A stretch of DNA of 64,000 nucleotides from Candidatus Colwellbacteria bacterium (GTDB lineage: Bacteria; Patescibacteriota; Minisyncoccia; UBA6257; Colwellbacteraceae), in NCBI GenBank assembly GCA_016176525.1, contig JACOWZ010000003.1, positions 537,925-601,924 of the forward strand, given 5' to 3'. The position numbers were made by a program, and so were the translations under genes. Positions 15,253-24,507 of this stretch are shown here, in pieces. The notes below the pieces were generated by a model, which was not told where the DNA came from, ran no database searches, and was given only the letters and a program-made list of their open reading frames with translations. The stretch's first letter is position 1; each line of letters opens with the position of its first letter.

Positions 15253-16176
15253 CTAGGTTGTGTTCCCCGAGTTTGACCACGGCACCGGAATGGCGAAGGG
15301 GGTCTCGTCTCCCACAAGGGTTGTGGGGACTTGGGATCCGCCAGCGATCCATGCCTCCAGCCACTTCAAGAAGAGATAGGCTTGTCCTTTCTCTCCGCTA
15401 GTAGCGGCAGCAAGCCTCTCGATGGCATAGCCTTGACCGTCGGCCTCAACCCTGGTTTGGTTCGCGATAATCTCCTTCTGCTTTAAGACAGCCAGCTCCT
15501 TCTGAACATCTCGTTCAGCGATAGCCGCCTTTTCAACAGCAAGATTGTATTCGCCTGTGAAGTCAAAATCCGTGAGACTTACCTTGTCCACCACGAGATT
15601 TTGCCTTTCCACATCCGCCGTAATACGCCTGATGATATCTTGCTTCACCAGCTCGCGGTTTTCGCCGCGCAGATCTTCAACTGCGAAGAAGTTCACTGCG
15701 CTTTTCACGCTGTCTTGTACCGCCGGAACCACCACCTTTCCCTCGTAGTTTATCCCGAGGGTTTGGTGGATAGTTTGGATCTTGGTCTCGTTCGGATGGT
15801 AGAGAACTGTTACCTCCGTGAAGACAGCTTGTTGGTCTAGCGCGATGCCTTCAGCCGTTACGGTGTAGGCTACCGAGCGAACGTCGTATTTTGTCACCGT
15901 ATTGAAGATGGGGGTGACCCACTGGAACCGGCCAGGTTCCTTAATCTCTAGATCGCCGTTGGCGTGGAAGACCACTGCTCGTTCTGTAGCATCCACGTGA
16001 AGTAGGCCAGAGGTGACGAAAATGAGGACGAAGAGCCCCACTAGCGCCATTCCGCCCCAGAGTAAGATCCCGGGCAAGTTGGGTACTCGTCCGTAACTTC
16101 CCGGCTTCGTCAGCGCGAAACGGCTAGGTCGTGGTTCATGCTCATCGTTTTCGTTTTCACGCGTGTTGCGTTGCAT
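15253..16176 (-). CDS. SPFH/band-7 (stomatin/prohibitin/HflC-like) membrane protein
   Basis: N-terminal TM helix, then an SPFH-like core (VVFHANGDLEIKEPGRFQWVTPIFNTVTKYDVRS...) and a C-terminal coiled-coil-like region. GC-rich. Confidence 0.65.
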   Translation of the reverse strand: MQRNTRENENDEHEPRPSRFALTKPGSYGRVPNLPGILLWGGMALVGLFVLIFVTSGLLHVDATERAVVFHANGDLEIKEPGRFQWVTPIFNTVTKYDVRSVAYTVTAEGIALDQQAVFTEVTVLYHPNETKIQTIHQTLGINYEGKVVVPAVQDSVKSAVNFFAVEDLRGENRELVKQDIIRRITADVERQNLVVDKVSLTDFDFTGEYNLAVEKAAIAERDVQKELAVLKQKEIIANQTRVEADGQGYAIERLAAATSGEKGQAYLFLKWLEAWIAGGSQVPTTLVGDETPFAIPVPWSNSGNTT

Positions 16177-16210
16177 TCTTGGTTTCTCCTTCTGTGTTCT
16201 TCGCCTATAT

Positions 16211-16258
16211 AAGGCGAGTATTCAAGAGATTTATAATAATCTCCTCAATACTCGCCTT
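16211..16258 (-). promoter_or_regulatory. Hairpin in the 5' leader of the SPFH gene (AAGGCGAGTATT ... AATACTCGCCTT)
   Basis: 12-bp inverted repeat located 25-75 bp upstream of the SPFH start codon on the minus strand. A Shine-Dalgarno-like aaggagaaacc follows it. Confidence 0.3.
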
Positions 16259-16341
16259 ATTATTTTTTATACTAAAAATAATTGTTAATGAACGAAGCTC
16301 AATATAAACTATATTGACTCAAATGTCAATAGAATGTTATT

Positions 16342-16410
16342 GTGCCATTAATCTCCTCTTTGGAAATCAAAATTCTGCCCTTTAAGCCGAGGGGCAGGCA
16401 AAGCTCGCGC
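16342..16410. repeat. 69-bp direct repeat, copy B. It lies in the intergenic region upstream of the response regulator gene.
   Basis: It matches 14045-14113. The ORF-track start at 16342 (MPLISSLEIKILPFKPRG...) is an artefact of reading through this duplicated fragment. Confidence 0.7.
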
Positions 16411-16430
16411 GGGTTTGATATAATTTATCT

Positions 16431-17103
16431 AATGCGGCTTCTTGTTATTGAAGATGAGGAAGAGACTAGAGAGTTTCTTAAAGTTGCCTTAGAAGAGCAA
16501 TCTTTCGCGGTAGACACCGCATGTGACGGCGACAAAGGCGCTTATTTAGCGCGCTTAAACGACTACGATTTAATTATTCTTGACCACATTCTGCCCCTAA
16601 AAGACGGATTTGAAGTTTGCAACGATATAAGAAGCAGCGGGAAACACACGCCGATACTAATGCTTTCTGTAAAATCAGAGATAGACCACAAAATTAATCT
16701 TTTTGAACAGGGAATTGACGATTATGTAACAAAGCCGTTTTCTATGAGCGAGCTTCTTGCAAGGGTTAGAGCAATTTTAAGAAGGCCGAAAATTCTTCAA
16801 GAAGATGAAATAACAATTGACGACCTTGTGTTGAACGTTCAAAAACAATCCGTATCTCGCGGAGACAAGAAAATATATTTAACCAGAAAGGAATTCAGCT
16901 TGCTGGAGTATCTTATGCGCAATGCCGGGACCGTTGTTTCAAGGGGTATGATAATGGAACACGTGTGGGATTCAGAAAGCGATCCGTTTTCAAACACTAT
17001 AGAAACACATATTTTAAACTTAAGAAAGAAAATAGAGCTCCCTAAAAAGAGAAAGATAATCCACTCCGTACCGGGTAGGGGTTATAAAATAGACTTGTTA
17101 TAA
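16431..17103 (+). CDS. OmpR-family two-component response regulator (receiver plus winged-helix)
   Basis: MRLLVIEDEEETREFL...DLIILDHILP (receiver Asp). C-terminal winged-helix motifs YLTRKEFSLLEYLMRN and GYKIDL. The start was moved to MRLLVIED. Confidence 0.8.
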
Positions 17104-18998
17104 ACACTCATAAACTTAATAGTCTCTTTTCGCTCTTTAAGGGCTTTGTCTGCAGAGGCCTCTATCGCGCGCAAAAGTTTTTCGAATATTGCCGGATACT
17201 TAAGGATTTTATTTTTTTTAAGATTGTATCTCGCGGCATAGGTGTGCCTTTTTATTTCTTCGCACACCCCCGGCACTGTCTTTTCCCAGAATAACTTTCG
17301 CAAGTTTTTAGGCTCCGTGGATTTACTTAACCTAAGCAGTCTTGCGCCAACGGCATTTATATATCCCCTCTTTAAATCATCTTCCCAATCATGGGCATCG
17401 TCATTTAACTGGCGGGCAATTATATAGTTTTTAAAAAATCTTATTGTGTTTTGGACCTCGGGCGACTTTTCGCGGTAACCCAAGGCAAATAAAATGCCTA
17501 TCGGCCCCAATGCATGCCCAAACGATTTTTCTGCAAGCTGTAGATAATTGCCGAATTTCGGCAAAGTTATCCGGCTTCTGCAGTTTTTAACCTCCCAGGT
17601 ATTGGCGCTATCTATTGCATCAAATGTAGCGCGAGAAAACTCCATAAACCCGCTCGCTTCCGGCAAGATTGAGTCCAATATTGAAGAAGATTCCCGCAAA
17701 GAAATATTTGCGACACTTAGCGTCTCGGGGTCGCCTTCGCCGTCTAAAAAGTCGTCGTAAATTGTGTAAGCTATCCACCCAAACAGATTGGCCGCGCCGA
17801 ACCGAACTAACATATCGTCTGAAATGCCTTCGGCTGTTTTTCCCAGCGCTACCTTAAATAAATATGGCAAGAGTACGATTTGCCTGTCTTTATCGTTTTT
17901 CAGGGTTTTACGTATAATTTTTTCTGCCTGATTTTGCAAATCCGGGCCAGAGAACGCAAACCTGCGCCTTACTCTACGCACAATTTTGGCATATATTTTA
18001 CTTTCGTTCATTCTACTATTTATCACTGCGCTCTTAACTTTGGTTTCTTTTGGCTCGTTTAAAAATTTATTTATTGCCTCCAAACACAAAGCAGTTGTTG
18101 TAGAAGCCGAGCCTGCATAAAGCGTTTTCTTTTTTGTCTTCATCTGAAAATAAAAAGAAAATGGCCTCCAACCGCCGTTTTTACCCTGGGTTTTAAGAAG
18201 ATAACCAATGCCTTTGGTAAGATTTTCTCTATGTTTAAGCCCCGTTAGATTTATTAACGTTGAGATTGCAAGCGCAGTGCGCAGCGGGTTTTCCCAACCG
18301 CCGCTTGGCTCTTGTTTAGACAAAATAAGCTTTACAATTTGATCGGTCTTTTCCCCTTTATAGAACCTAGAAATAAAATATGCAGCTGGGTAAATTTTGT
18401 TATATGGAAATTCGTAATCCTCTTCGTCAATAGATTTTTTAATAAAAGCGATGACCTTGGGCAAAAATATATCTTGAAGGGAAAGAAAATAGGCAATATT
18501 CGCGTTTACAACCAAATCTGTGTCATTCCAAACGTTTCTTCCCTCTTCGGGGACAAGCCACATATCGTACGGGCCGCCCTCGCTTTTTTCGGCCGAGGTG
18601 AGCATTGTTACAATTTTTGCCATAACATCGCCGCTGAACAAACGCGGGTGATATTCATAAAGCGCGGCAAGCGCGCAAAACGTGTCGTCTAGGTCGTCTG
18701 GATACGGCTCTTTTTTGTACCAATGTGACTTTCTAAACCAATAATTAAATGACCAATATTCACTCTTTTCTTTCAACAGAAAATCAGCAGACTTCTTTTT
18801 AATTTTTTTTGATCTATCTCCACCGATATTGATAAGTGAAGAAAGTACTATGTTTGTCGGCACTATTGCCGGAACAGTTTTAGCGCGCGAATAGTCGTCT
18901 AATTTCTTGGATACCAAACACAAAAAACTGCCGTTCTTTTCTTGGTCTTTGGCTAAAAAGCCTAACCCTTTGCCAATTGCTGATTGAAGATTATTCAT
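17082..18998 (-). CDS. Two-domain isoprenoid-synthase-like protein. The N-terminal domain is an alpha/alpha-toroid (squalene-hopene cyclase or prenyltransferase type) with a DxDDT motif. The C-terminal domain carries two DDxxD motifs.
   Basis: N-domain: QW-type repeats KGLGFLAKDQEKNGSF, LILSKQEPSGGW and KGIGYLLKTQGKNGGW, plus PDDLDDTFCALAAL (compare the class II DxDDTA motif). C-domain: IYDDFLDGEGD, and about 118 aa further on, QLNDDAHDWEDD. This spacing resembles FARM/SARM or DDxxD/NSE spacing. 638 aa. Confidence 0.45.
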   Translation of the reverse strand: MNNLQSAIGKGLGFLAKDQEKNGSFLCLVSKKLDDYSRAKTVPAIVPTNIVLSSLINIGGDRSKKIKKKSADFLLKEKSEYWSFNYWFRKSHWYKKEPYPDDLDDTFCALAALYEYHPRLFSGDVMAKIVTMLTSAEKSEGGPYDMWLVPEEGRNVWNDTDLVVNANIAYFLSLQDIFLPKVIAFIKKSIDEEDYEFPYNKIYPAAYFISRFYKGEKTDQIVKLILSKQEPSGGWENPLRTALAISTLINLTGLKHRENLTKGIGYLLKTQGKNGGWRPFSFYFQMKTKKKTLYAGSASTTTALCLEAINKFLNEPKETKVKSAVINSRMNESKIYAKIVRRVRRRFAFSGPDLQNQAEKIIRKTLKNDKDRQIVLLPYLFKVALGKTAEGISDDMLVRFGAANLFGWIAYTIYDDFLDGEGDPETLSVANISLRESSSILDSILPEASGFMEFSRATFDAIDSANTWEVKNCRSRITLPKFGNYLQLAEKSFGHALGPIGILFALGYREKSPEVQNTIRFFKNYIIARQLNDDAHDWEDDLKRGYINAVGARLLRLSKSTEPKNLRKLFWEKTVPGVCEEIKRHTYAARYNLKKNKILKYPAIFEKLLRAIEASADKALKERKETIKFMSVYNKSIL

Positions 18999-20361
18999 TT
19001 GAAACCGGGAATTCCACTATAAATGTTGCTCCAGCGTTAACTTTGCTAGAAACACTAATGCTGCCGCCGAAATCTTTCTCAATAATACTTTTAGTCATTG
19101 AAAGGCCTATGCCTATTCCCTCTTCATTTGTTTTGGTGGTAAAAAATGGCTCAAAAATCTTAGTTAAGTTCTCTGCGGGTATTCCCGCGCCATAATCTAC
19201 AACTTTAAGAACGAGTTTTCCGTCTTCTTTGTATAAATACACGGCGATTTCTCTTCTTGCATTACTACCGGAATGTGAATATGAATCAATGGCGTTGGCA
19301 ATTAAATTTAGAACAACTTGGTTTAACCGCACCGCATCCCCAAAAATACTAATTTCGTCTTGTGCCGAAAAATGCACCTTAATCTTTGCTTTTGACGCTT
19401 TATATGAAAGGATGCTGATAATATCTTTAATTTCTTTGTTTACAGAAAAGACTTTCTTATTTGCTTGCCTTGCCAGTTGTTTACGCACCGCAATCACCAA
19501 ATCCTGCAGTTTGCGAGCTGCTCCTGTTGCTCTCTCTACATATTTGTTGTTTGTCGTGTTTTTTAGTTTTTCGGTATTTAACGAAACAGAATTTAGGGGA
19601 TTCATAAGGTCGTGAAATATGCCTGCGCTTAGGCGGCCGAACTCTGCAAATCTGTAAAGTTGGCTTATCTTTTCCACTTGTGCTTCTTTTAACTCTTTGG
19701 TTCTTTCTTCCACCGTTATCTCCAGCGAATCGCGTTCTTGCTTAAGCTCCGCTTCGGATTTTCTTGCCCTTTTTAAAGATTTCTCTATCTCGCGGTTAGA
19801 GAGCCAAGAAACAACGGCGATAATTAATAAAACAACTGCTATAAAAATTGCATTTGCCATATTTAACAATTCCAATCTCCAGTAAGAGTCTGGTGGCAAA
19901 ATTGAGTTAATCTGTAAATAAGCAACAATTACTATAAAAAACGCAGTAAACCCAGCCGTAAAAAAAGCGAACCTAGTATTAACCAAAATTCCAGACATAA
20001 CTATTATTAGAGCGTACACGAGCAAGCCATCGGAAATGTCTACACCGTACTTAATAGCCGTATACGAATTTAAAAGAAAGAAAACTCCAAGGAAAACTGT
20101 AGATGTTAGCGTTGAAAACCCCTTTCGCGACAACGTATACAGGACAACAAAAAAAGAAAAGACAATAAAAACAACTCCGGCTGACATTGCGTTGTACAAA
20201 CCCATAATCCACTTAATCAGATTCATTAAAAAAGCGACAAGTGATAAGCTGATTATGGACAGCAATAAAACATTGAGTATAAACTCACGCCTAGCTTTAT
20301 CCTCGTTTTTTGAAACGGGCAAAACAAGTCTCCTAAAAAGAGTTATAAAACGTTTTACCAT
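18991..20361 (-). CDS. Sensor histidine kinase with a multi-TM N-terminus (about 6 TM helices), HisKA and HATPase_c domains
   Basis: H-box FHDLMNPLNS. HATPase motifs VLNLIANAIDS (N-box) and DYGAGIP / GIGIGLS (G-boxes). Its stop overlaps the start of the 17082-18998 gene by 8 bp. Confidence 0.75.
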   Translation of the reverse strand: MVKRFITLFRRLVLPVSKNEDKARREFILNVLLLSIISLSLVAFLMNLIKWIMGLYNAMSAGVVFIVFSFFVVLYTLSRKGFSTLTSTVFLGVFFLLNSYTAIKYGVDISDGLLVYALIIVMSGILVNTRFAFFTAGFTAFFIVIVAYLQINSILPPDSYWRLELLNMANAIFIAVVLLIIAVVSWLSNREIEKSLKRARKSEAELKQERDSLEITVEERTKELKEAQVEKISQLYRFAEFGRLSAGIFHDLMNPLNSVSLNTEKLKNTTNNKYVERATGAARKLQDLVIAVRKQLARQANKKVFSVNKEIKDIISILSYKASKAKIKVHFSAQDEISIFGDAVRLNQVVLNLIANAIDSYSHSGSNARREIAVYLYKEDGKLVLKVVDYGAGIPAENLTKIFEPFFTTKTNEEGIGIGLSMTKSIIEKDFGGSISVSSKVNAGATFIVEFPVSNE

Positions 20362-20582
20362 ACATAGACATTATACAATGTCCACAGTAACTGCTCTATT
20401 TTAAGACCAAGGAGATCCGACACTCACTGTTGTTAGGGCAAACGCGCTTAATGCTGCTGCGTTTCTAACTTTTTTGCTCTCAAGTATCTTCTTAATGAGT
20501 TTTTTCATTTGTTTATTTATATTTTTTTTCGACCTTTGTAAAAAGCATAATTCGGTTGAAATAAATATTATTTAAAGATTCT

Positions 20583-22604
20583 CTAAAGATTAACAACAGG
20601 TAACGCTATGAAAAACGTTGTCTCGCTCGGCTTAGAGGTAAACCAAACTTTACCGCCCATTAATTTTAAGTACCCCATTGCAATATAAAGCCCCAAGCCC
20701 GCACCGGGAATTTTAGTTGTGTCAAAATTATGTCCTCGGAAAAACTTTGTAAACACAAGTGCTTGCTCCTCTTCTAAAATACCGATGCCGCTGTCTCTAA
20801 TTTGGACAATACATTCCTCATTGTTTTTGTCTGCAGTCACCTCTACACTGCTGCCTTCGCGCCCATATTTTACGGCGTTGTCTAAAATCTCAAATAAAGC
20901 CTGTGATAAAAGCTTTTCGTCGGCTTGTATTTTAATATCTTCTCCTATACTAGTTGTAATATCCGGAAGCTCTCCACTGAATTCCTTGTTAATTTTGGCA
21001 ATTACGCCCTTAGTAAGCTCTCCTAAATTTATGGTTTTTTTCTCAACAATTATGCGGCTTTGGTCAATTCTAGTAATAGAGAGCAGCTGATCGGACATTT
21101 TTTGAACACTGCGCGCCGAAAAAATCGCTGTTTTAATTAAATCATTGCGCTTTTTATCATCTTTTGTTTCAAGTGCCAGCTCTAAACTCCACATTCCTTT
21201 ACTAACAGGAGTTCTAAACTGATGCGCGGCATAAGTAAAATCTGACCGCAGCTGCATAGTCTCGCGCTCTTTTGAAACATCGCGAAACACCACAATTACA
21301 CCCTGAACTTTTCCATTTACATCAAAAATAGGCGAGGCGCTGTCGCCTACGGGAATTTCGCTTTTATCTTTTTTAATAAGGATTGTTTTATTAGACATCT
21401 GGGCCGGTTTTCCGCTGAAGAATACATCATTAATAAAACCCACAGCTTCAGAGCGATCTTTCTCGCGCACAAATCTAATATATTCGCGAAACGACTTGCC
21501 TATAAGCTCTTCTTCTTTCCAACCAGTTAAAGTTTCTGCCGCTTTATTTAAAAATATTATGTCCCAATTGCGGTTCATTGCCACTACTCCGTCACCAATG
21601 CTACGCAGTAATTGTCTTTCTCTTTCTCTGGAGATATAAGTTCTTGAAAAAGCTTCTATTACGAGATAAGTAAATCCGGCTATAAAAAACCAAAGCGCCG
21701 CAAGCACAAACACCTCGCCGCGCAACTGCCTGTTGGATTCATTAAAAAATATCTGTGAATTTTCTTCAACCGCTGCCACCCAACCATAGTTTTTTACCGG
21801 CGCCGTTGCAATAACATTTTCTATACCAGATTTATCGCGATACAAACCAACTGCACCTTTTCCGCTAAGGGTCTGGCTTATATAATCTAGCTCTGACAAA
21901 TTAACAATGTCACCCTGACTGGGAATCTTTGGGTGCGCGGCCACTTGGCCCTCACGGTCTGTAAAAATTAAGTATCCGGAGCCAGTAATCTGTACTGTTT
22001 TTGCCCATTCAAAAATAGTATCTAAATTTATTTGCAAAACCAAAACTCCAATATTCTCTCCGCCGCTGGATTTAATTAAAGAGGACACTGCAACGACATT
22101 ATGCCTGGGTTCGGCTGTTCTTTTGTATATGCGCGAAATATATGGTCCGTCGGTTTTTGTTGTTCCCACAAACCAGTCGCGAAACGAAAAATCCATTCCC
22201 CGAACTCCCGGAAGAGCTGGAGTGTCGGCAGTAAGCATACCTGCCATATCCGTTAAGAAAACCCGTTCAATAAATGGGAAATCCCGCGGAACATTTTGCA
22301 TAATTTCAACCGCCTCTTGCCACTTTTTTTCACTCACTAGTTTGCTAAACTGCACACGCGTTGAAAGCGATTTTGTAATATCAACTAGCCGGTTAAACCG
22401 TTCTTCTAGATTTGAGGCTGCAAGTTGCGCAACTGTTTCGCGTCTCTCAAGAGTAATTTCTGTGTATTTGCTTCGGTTTTCAAAGTGATAAAACGCCATC
22501 ACCGCTGCAGCAGTTATTAGAATAACTGCAAAAATACCAAGTTTTGCAAGCCATATTTTCTTCCGATGAAATAAAAATTTAACAAAACGCTCAAAGTAAT
22601 CCAC
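20583..22604 (-). CDS. Sensor histidine kinase with an extracytoplasmic (Cache-like) domain, a PAS domain, HisKA and HATPase_c
   Basis: An N-terminal TM helix and a roughly 250-aa periplasmic region, then a second TM helix. PAS region SIGDGVVAMNRNWDIIFLNKAAETLTGW. H-box AHQFRTPVS. HATPase N/G boxes ILDNAVKY and GAGLGLYIA. Confidence 0.75.
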   Translation of the reverse strand: MDYFERFVKFLFHRKKIWLAKLGIFAVILITAAAVMAFYHFENRSKYTEITLERRETVAQLAASNLEERFNRLVDITKSLSTRVQFSKLVSEKKWQEAVEIMQNVPRDFPFIERVFLTDMAGMLTADTPALPGVRGMDFSFRDWFVGTTKTDGPYISRIYKRTAEPRHNVVAVSSLIKSSGGENIGVLVLQINLDTIFEWAKTVQITGSGYLIFTDREGQVAAHPKIPSQGDIVNLSELDYISQTLSGKGAVGLYRDKSGIENVIATAPVKNYGWVAAVEENSQIFFNESNRQLRGEVFVLAALWFFIAGFTYLVIEAFSRTYISRERERQLLRSIGDGVVAMNRNWDIIFLNKAAETLTGWKEEELIGKSFREYIRFVREKDRSEAVGFINDVFFSGKPAQMSNKTILIKKDKSEIPVGDSASPIFDVNGKVQGVIVVFRDVSKERETMQLRSDFTYAAHQFRTPVSKGMWSLELALETKDDKKRNDLIKTAIFSARSVQKMSDQLLSITRIDQSRIIVEKKTINLGELTKGVIAKINKEFSGELPDITTSIGEDIKIQADEKLLSQALFEILDNAVKYGREGSSVEVTADKNNEECIVQIRDSGIGILEEEQALVFTKFFRGHNFDTTKIPGAGLGLYIAMGYLKLMGGKVWFTSKPSETTFFIALPVVNL

Positions 22605-22658
22605 AGTATAGATTTATAAAAATCTATATAAAGTAATTATAAAGAAACTGGGGATAGG

Positions 22659-24506
22659 CTATTCTACAGTCACAGACTTAGCCAAGTTTCTCGGACGGTC
22701 AACATCACGCCCACGGAGGACGCCAGAATGGTAGGCAAAAAGCTGCAAAGGCACAATTGTAAGGAGTGGTGTTAGCATCTCTAAAGTCTTTGGAATATAA
22801 ATAACATCTTCTGTAATGTACTTAATATCCTCATCGCCTTCTGTGGCAATTGCAATTATCGGGCCGCTGCGGGCTTTTATTTCTTGCAAGTTTGAAAAAT
22901 TCTTTTCGTACACGCTGTCTTTTGGGATTATTGCAACCGTGGGGAAGTTTTCGTCTATCATTGCAATGGGGCCGTGCTTCATCTCTGCAGAGCTATACCC
23001 TTCTGCGTGCGCGTAAGAGACTTCTTTCATTTTAAGCGCGCCTTCGTATGCTATTGGGTAGTTGTATTTGCGCCCGATGTACAAAAAGTTGTTAAAATCT
23101 TTATATTTTTGCGCAATTTCCTTTACTTTATCGGATTGTTTTAAAACTTGGCGCATTAGTTGCGGAATATTTTTTAACTCTTCTGCAATGCGTTTGCCCA
23201 TTGTCATAGACATTTGTCTTTGCCTGCCCAAAAGCATTGCGTATAGCACAAGGGCTGTAAGCTGGGCGGTAAAAGCTTTGTAAGATGCAACAGAAATCTC
23301 CGGGCCAGCGTGCGTGTAAACCCCAGCGTGGGTTTCGCGCGCTATTGAAGACCCTACAACATTTACAATGCCAAGTGTAAGAGCGCCTTTTTCTTTAGAC
23401 TCTCGTAGAGCCGCTATTGTGTCTGCTGTTTCTCCGGATTGCGAAATAAATATAACTGCTGTTTCGGGGTCAAGAATCGGCTTTCTATACCTAAACTCAG
23501 ATGCAAGCTCAACCTCAACAGGCACGCCGCCGTATTCCTCAAACATATATTCCCCCACCTCTGCGGCAAAGCCAGCCGTACCACAGGCGGTTATAACAAA
23601 TCTTTTTATTCCGCGGAGTTTCTCTCGCACAGTCTCCAAGCCACCGAGTTTTGCCATGCCTTCTTCGGGTATTAGCCTGCCGCGGAGCACGTTTTCTATA
23701 ACATCCGGCTGTTCAAATATCTCTTTCGCCGAAAAGTGCGCGTGCCCGCCTCTTTGTGCCTCTTCTATATCCCAGTCAATTTGTGCAATATCTTTTTTAA
23801 GCGAATTGTGCTTAAAATCAACAAACTCGTAGCCTTTTGGAGAAATAATCGCCATATCGCCATCGTTCATATAAATAATCTGCCGCGTGTGCCTGGCAAT
23901 CGGCGTGGGGTCGGAGGCTACAATATATTCATCGTCGTTGCCGTTTATTCCCAAAACCAACGGACTAAAGTTGCGTACGGCAAATAATTTTTCTGGCTCG
24001 CTTTTTACCATAATTAAAAGCGCAAATGCGCCCTGTAATTTATTGATAGAATTTAATATGGAGCGCTTTGCGGAATAGAGAGGATTATTTTTTATTTCTT
24101 CTTCTATAAGGTGAGAGATAACCTCTGTATCTGTTTCGGAATAAAACTTGTGGCCCGCTTTTTGCAGCTCTTCTTTTAAGGTTTTGTAATTTTCTACAAT
24201 GCCGTTGTGCACCAGAAAAATATTGCCTGTGCAGTCGGAGTGCGGATGTGCATTTAAGTCGTTTGGCGCGCCGTGAGTTGCCCACCGCGTGTGGCCTATT
24301 GCTGCATATCCGGGTTTGTCTTCTATACCTTGCAGAGCAGAAACTAAATTATTTAATCTGCCTGCGCGTTTTACGGTTTTTATAGATGGATTGCTCCAAA
24401 ATGCAACACCTGCCGAGTCGTAGCCGCGGTATTCCAACGCCCTTAACCCATCAACAAGTATATTTATTGGTTTCTTTTTGCCTGTGTATCCTACAATTCC
24501 ACACAT
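22659..24506 (-). CDS. glmS: Glutamine--fructose-6-phosphate aminotransferase (isomerising)
   Basis: N-terminal MCGIVGY (Ntn amidotransferase Cys1). Two SIS domains. C-terminal ...LAKSVTVE. 615 aa. Confidence 0.9.
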   Translation of the reverse strand: MCGIVGYTGKKKPINILVDGLRALEYRGYDSAGVAFWSNPSIKTVKRAGRLNNLVSALQGIEDKPGYAAIGHTRWATHGAPNDLNAHPHSDCTGNIFLVHNGIVENYKTLKEELQKAGHKFYSETDTEVISHLIEEEIKNNPLYSAKRSILNSINKLQGAFALLIMVKSEPEKLFAVRNFSPLVLGINGNDDEYIVASDPTPIARHTRQIIYMNDGDMAIISPKGYEFVDFKHNSLKKDIAQIDWDIEEAQRGGHAHFSAKEIFEQPDVIENVLRGRLIPEEGMAKLGGLETVREKLRGIKRFVITACGTAGFAAEVGEYMFEEYGGVPVEVELASEFRYRKPILDPETAVIFISQSGETADTIAALRESKEKGALTLGIVNVVGSSIARETHAGVYTHAGPEISVASYKAFTAQLTALVLYAMLLGRQRQMSMTMGKRIAEELKNIPQLMRQVLKQSDKVKEIAQKYKDFNNFLYIGRKYNYPIAYEGALKMKEVSYAHAEGYSSAEMKHGPIAMIDENFPTVAIIPKDSVYEKNFSNLQEIKARSGPIIAIATEGDEDIKYITEDVIYIPKTLEMLTPLLTIVPLQLFAYHSGVLRGRDVDRPRNLAKSVTVE

Positions 24507-24507
24507 G

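Noticed and set aside
16342-16430. N-terminal extension of the response regulator ORF (MPLISSLEIKILPFKPRG...)
   Set aside because: The extension is a read-through of the duplicated 69-bp trhO fragment in a different frame. The receiver domain starts cleanly at MRLLVIEDEE (16431).
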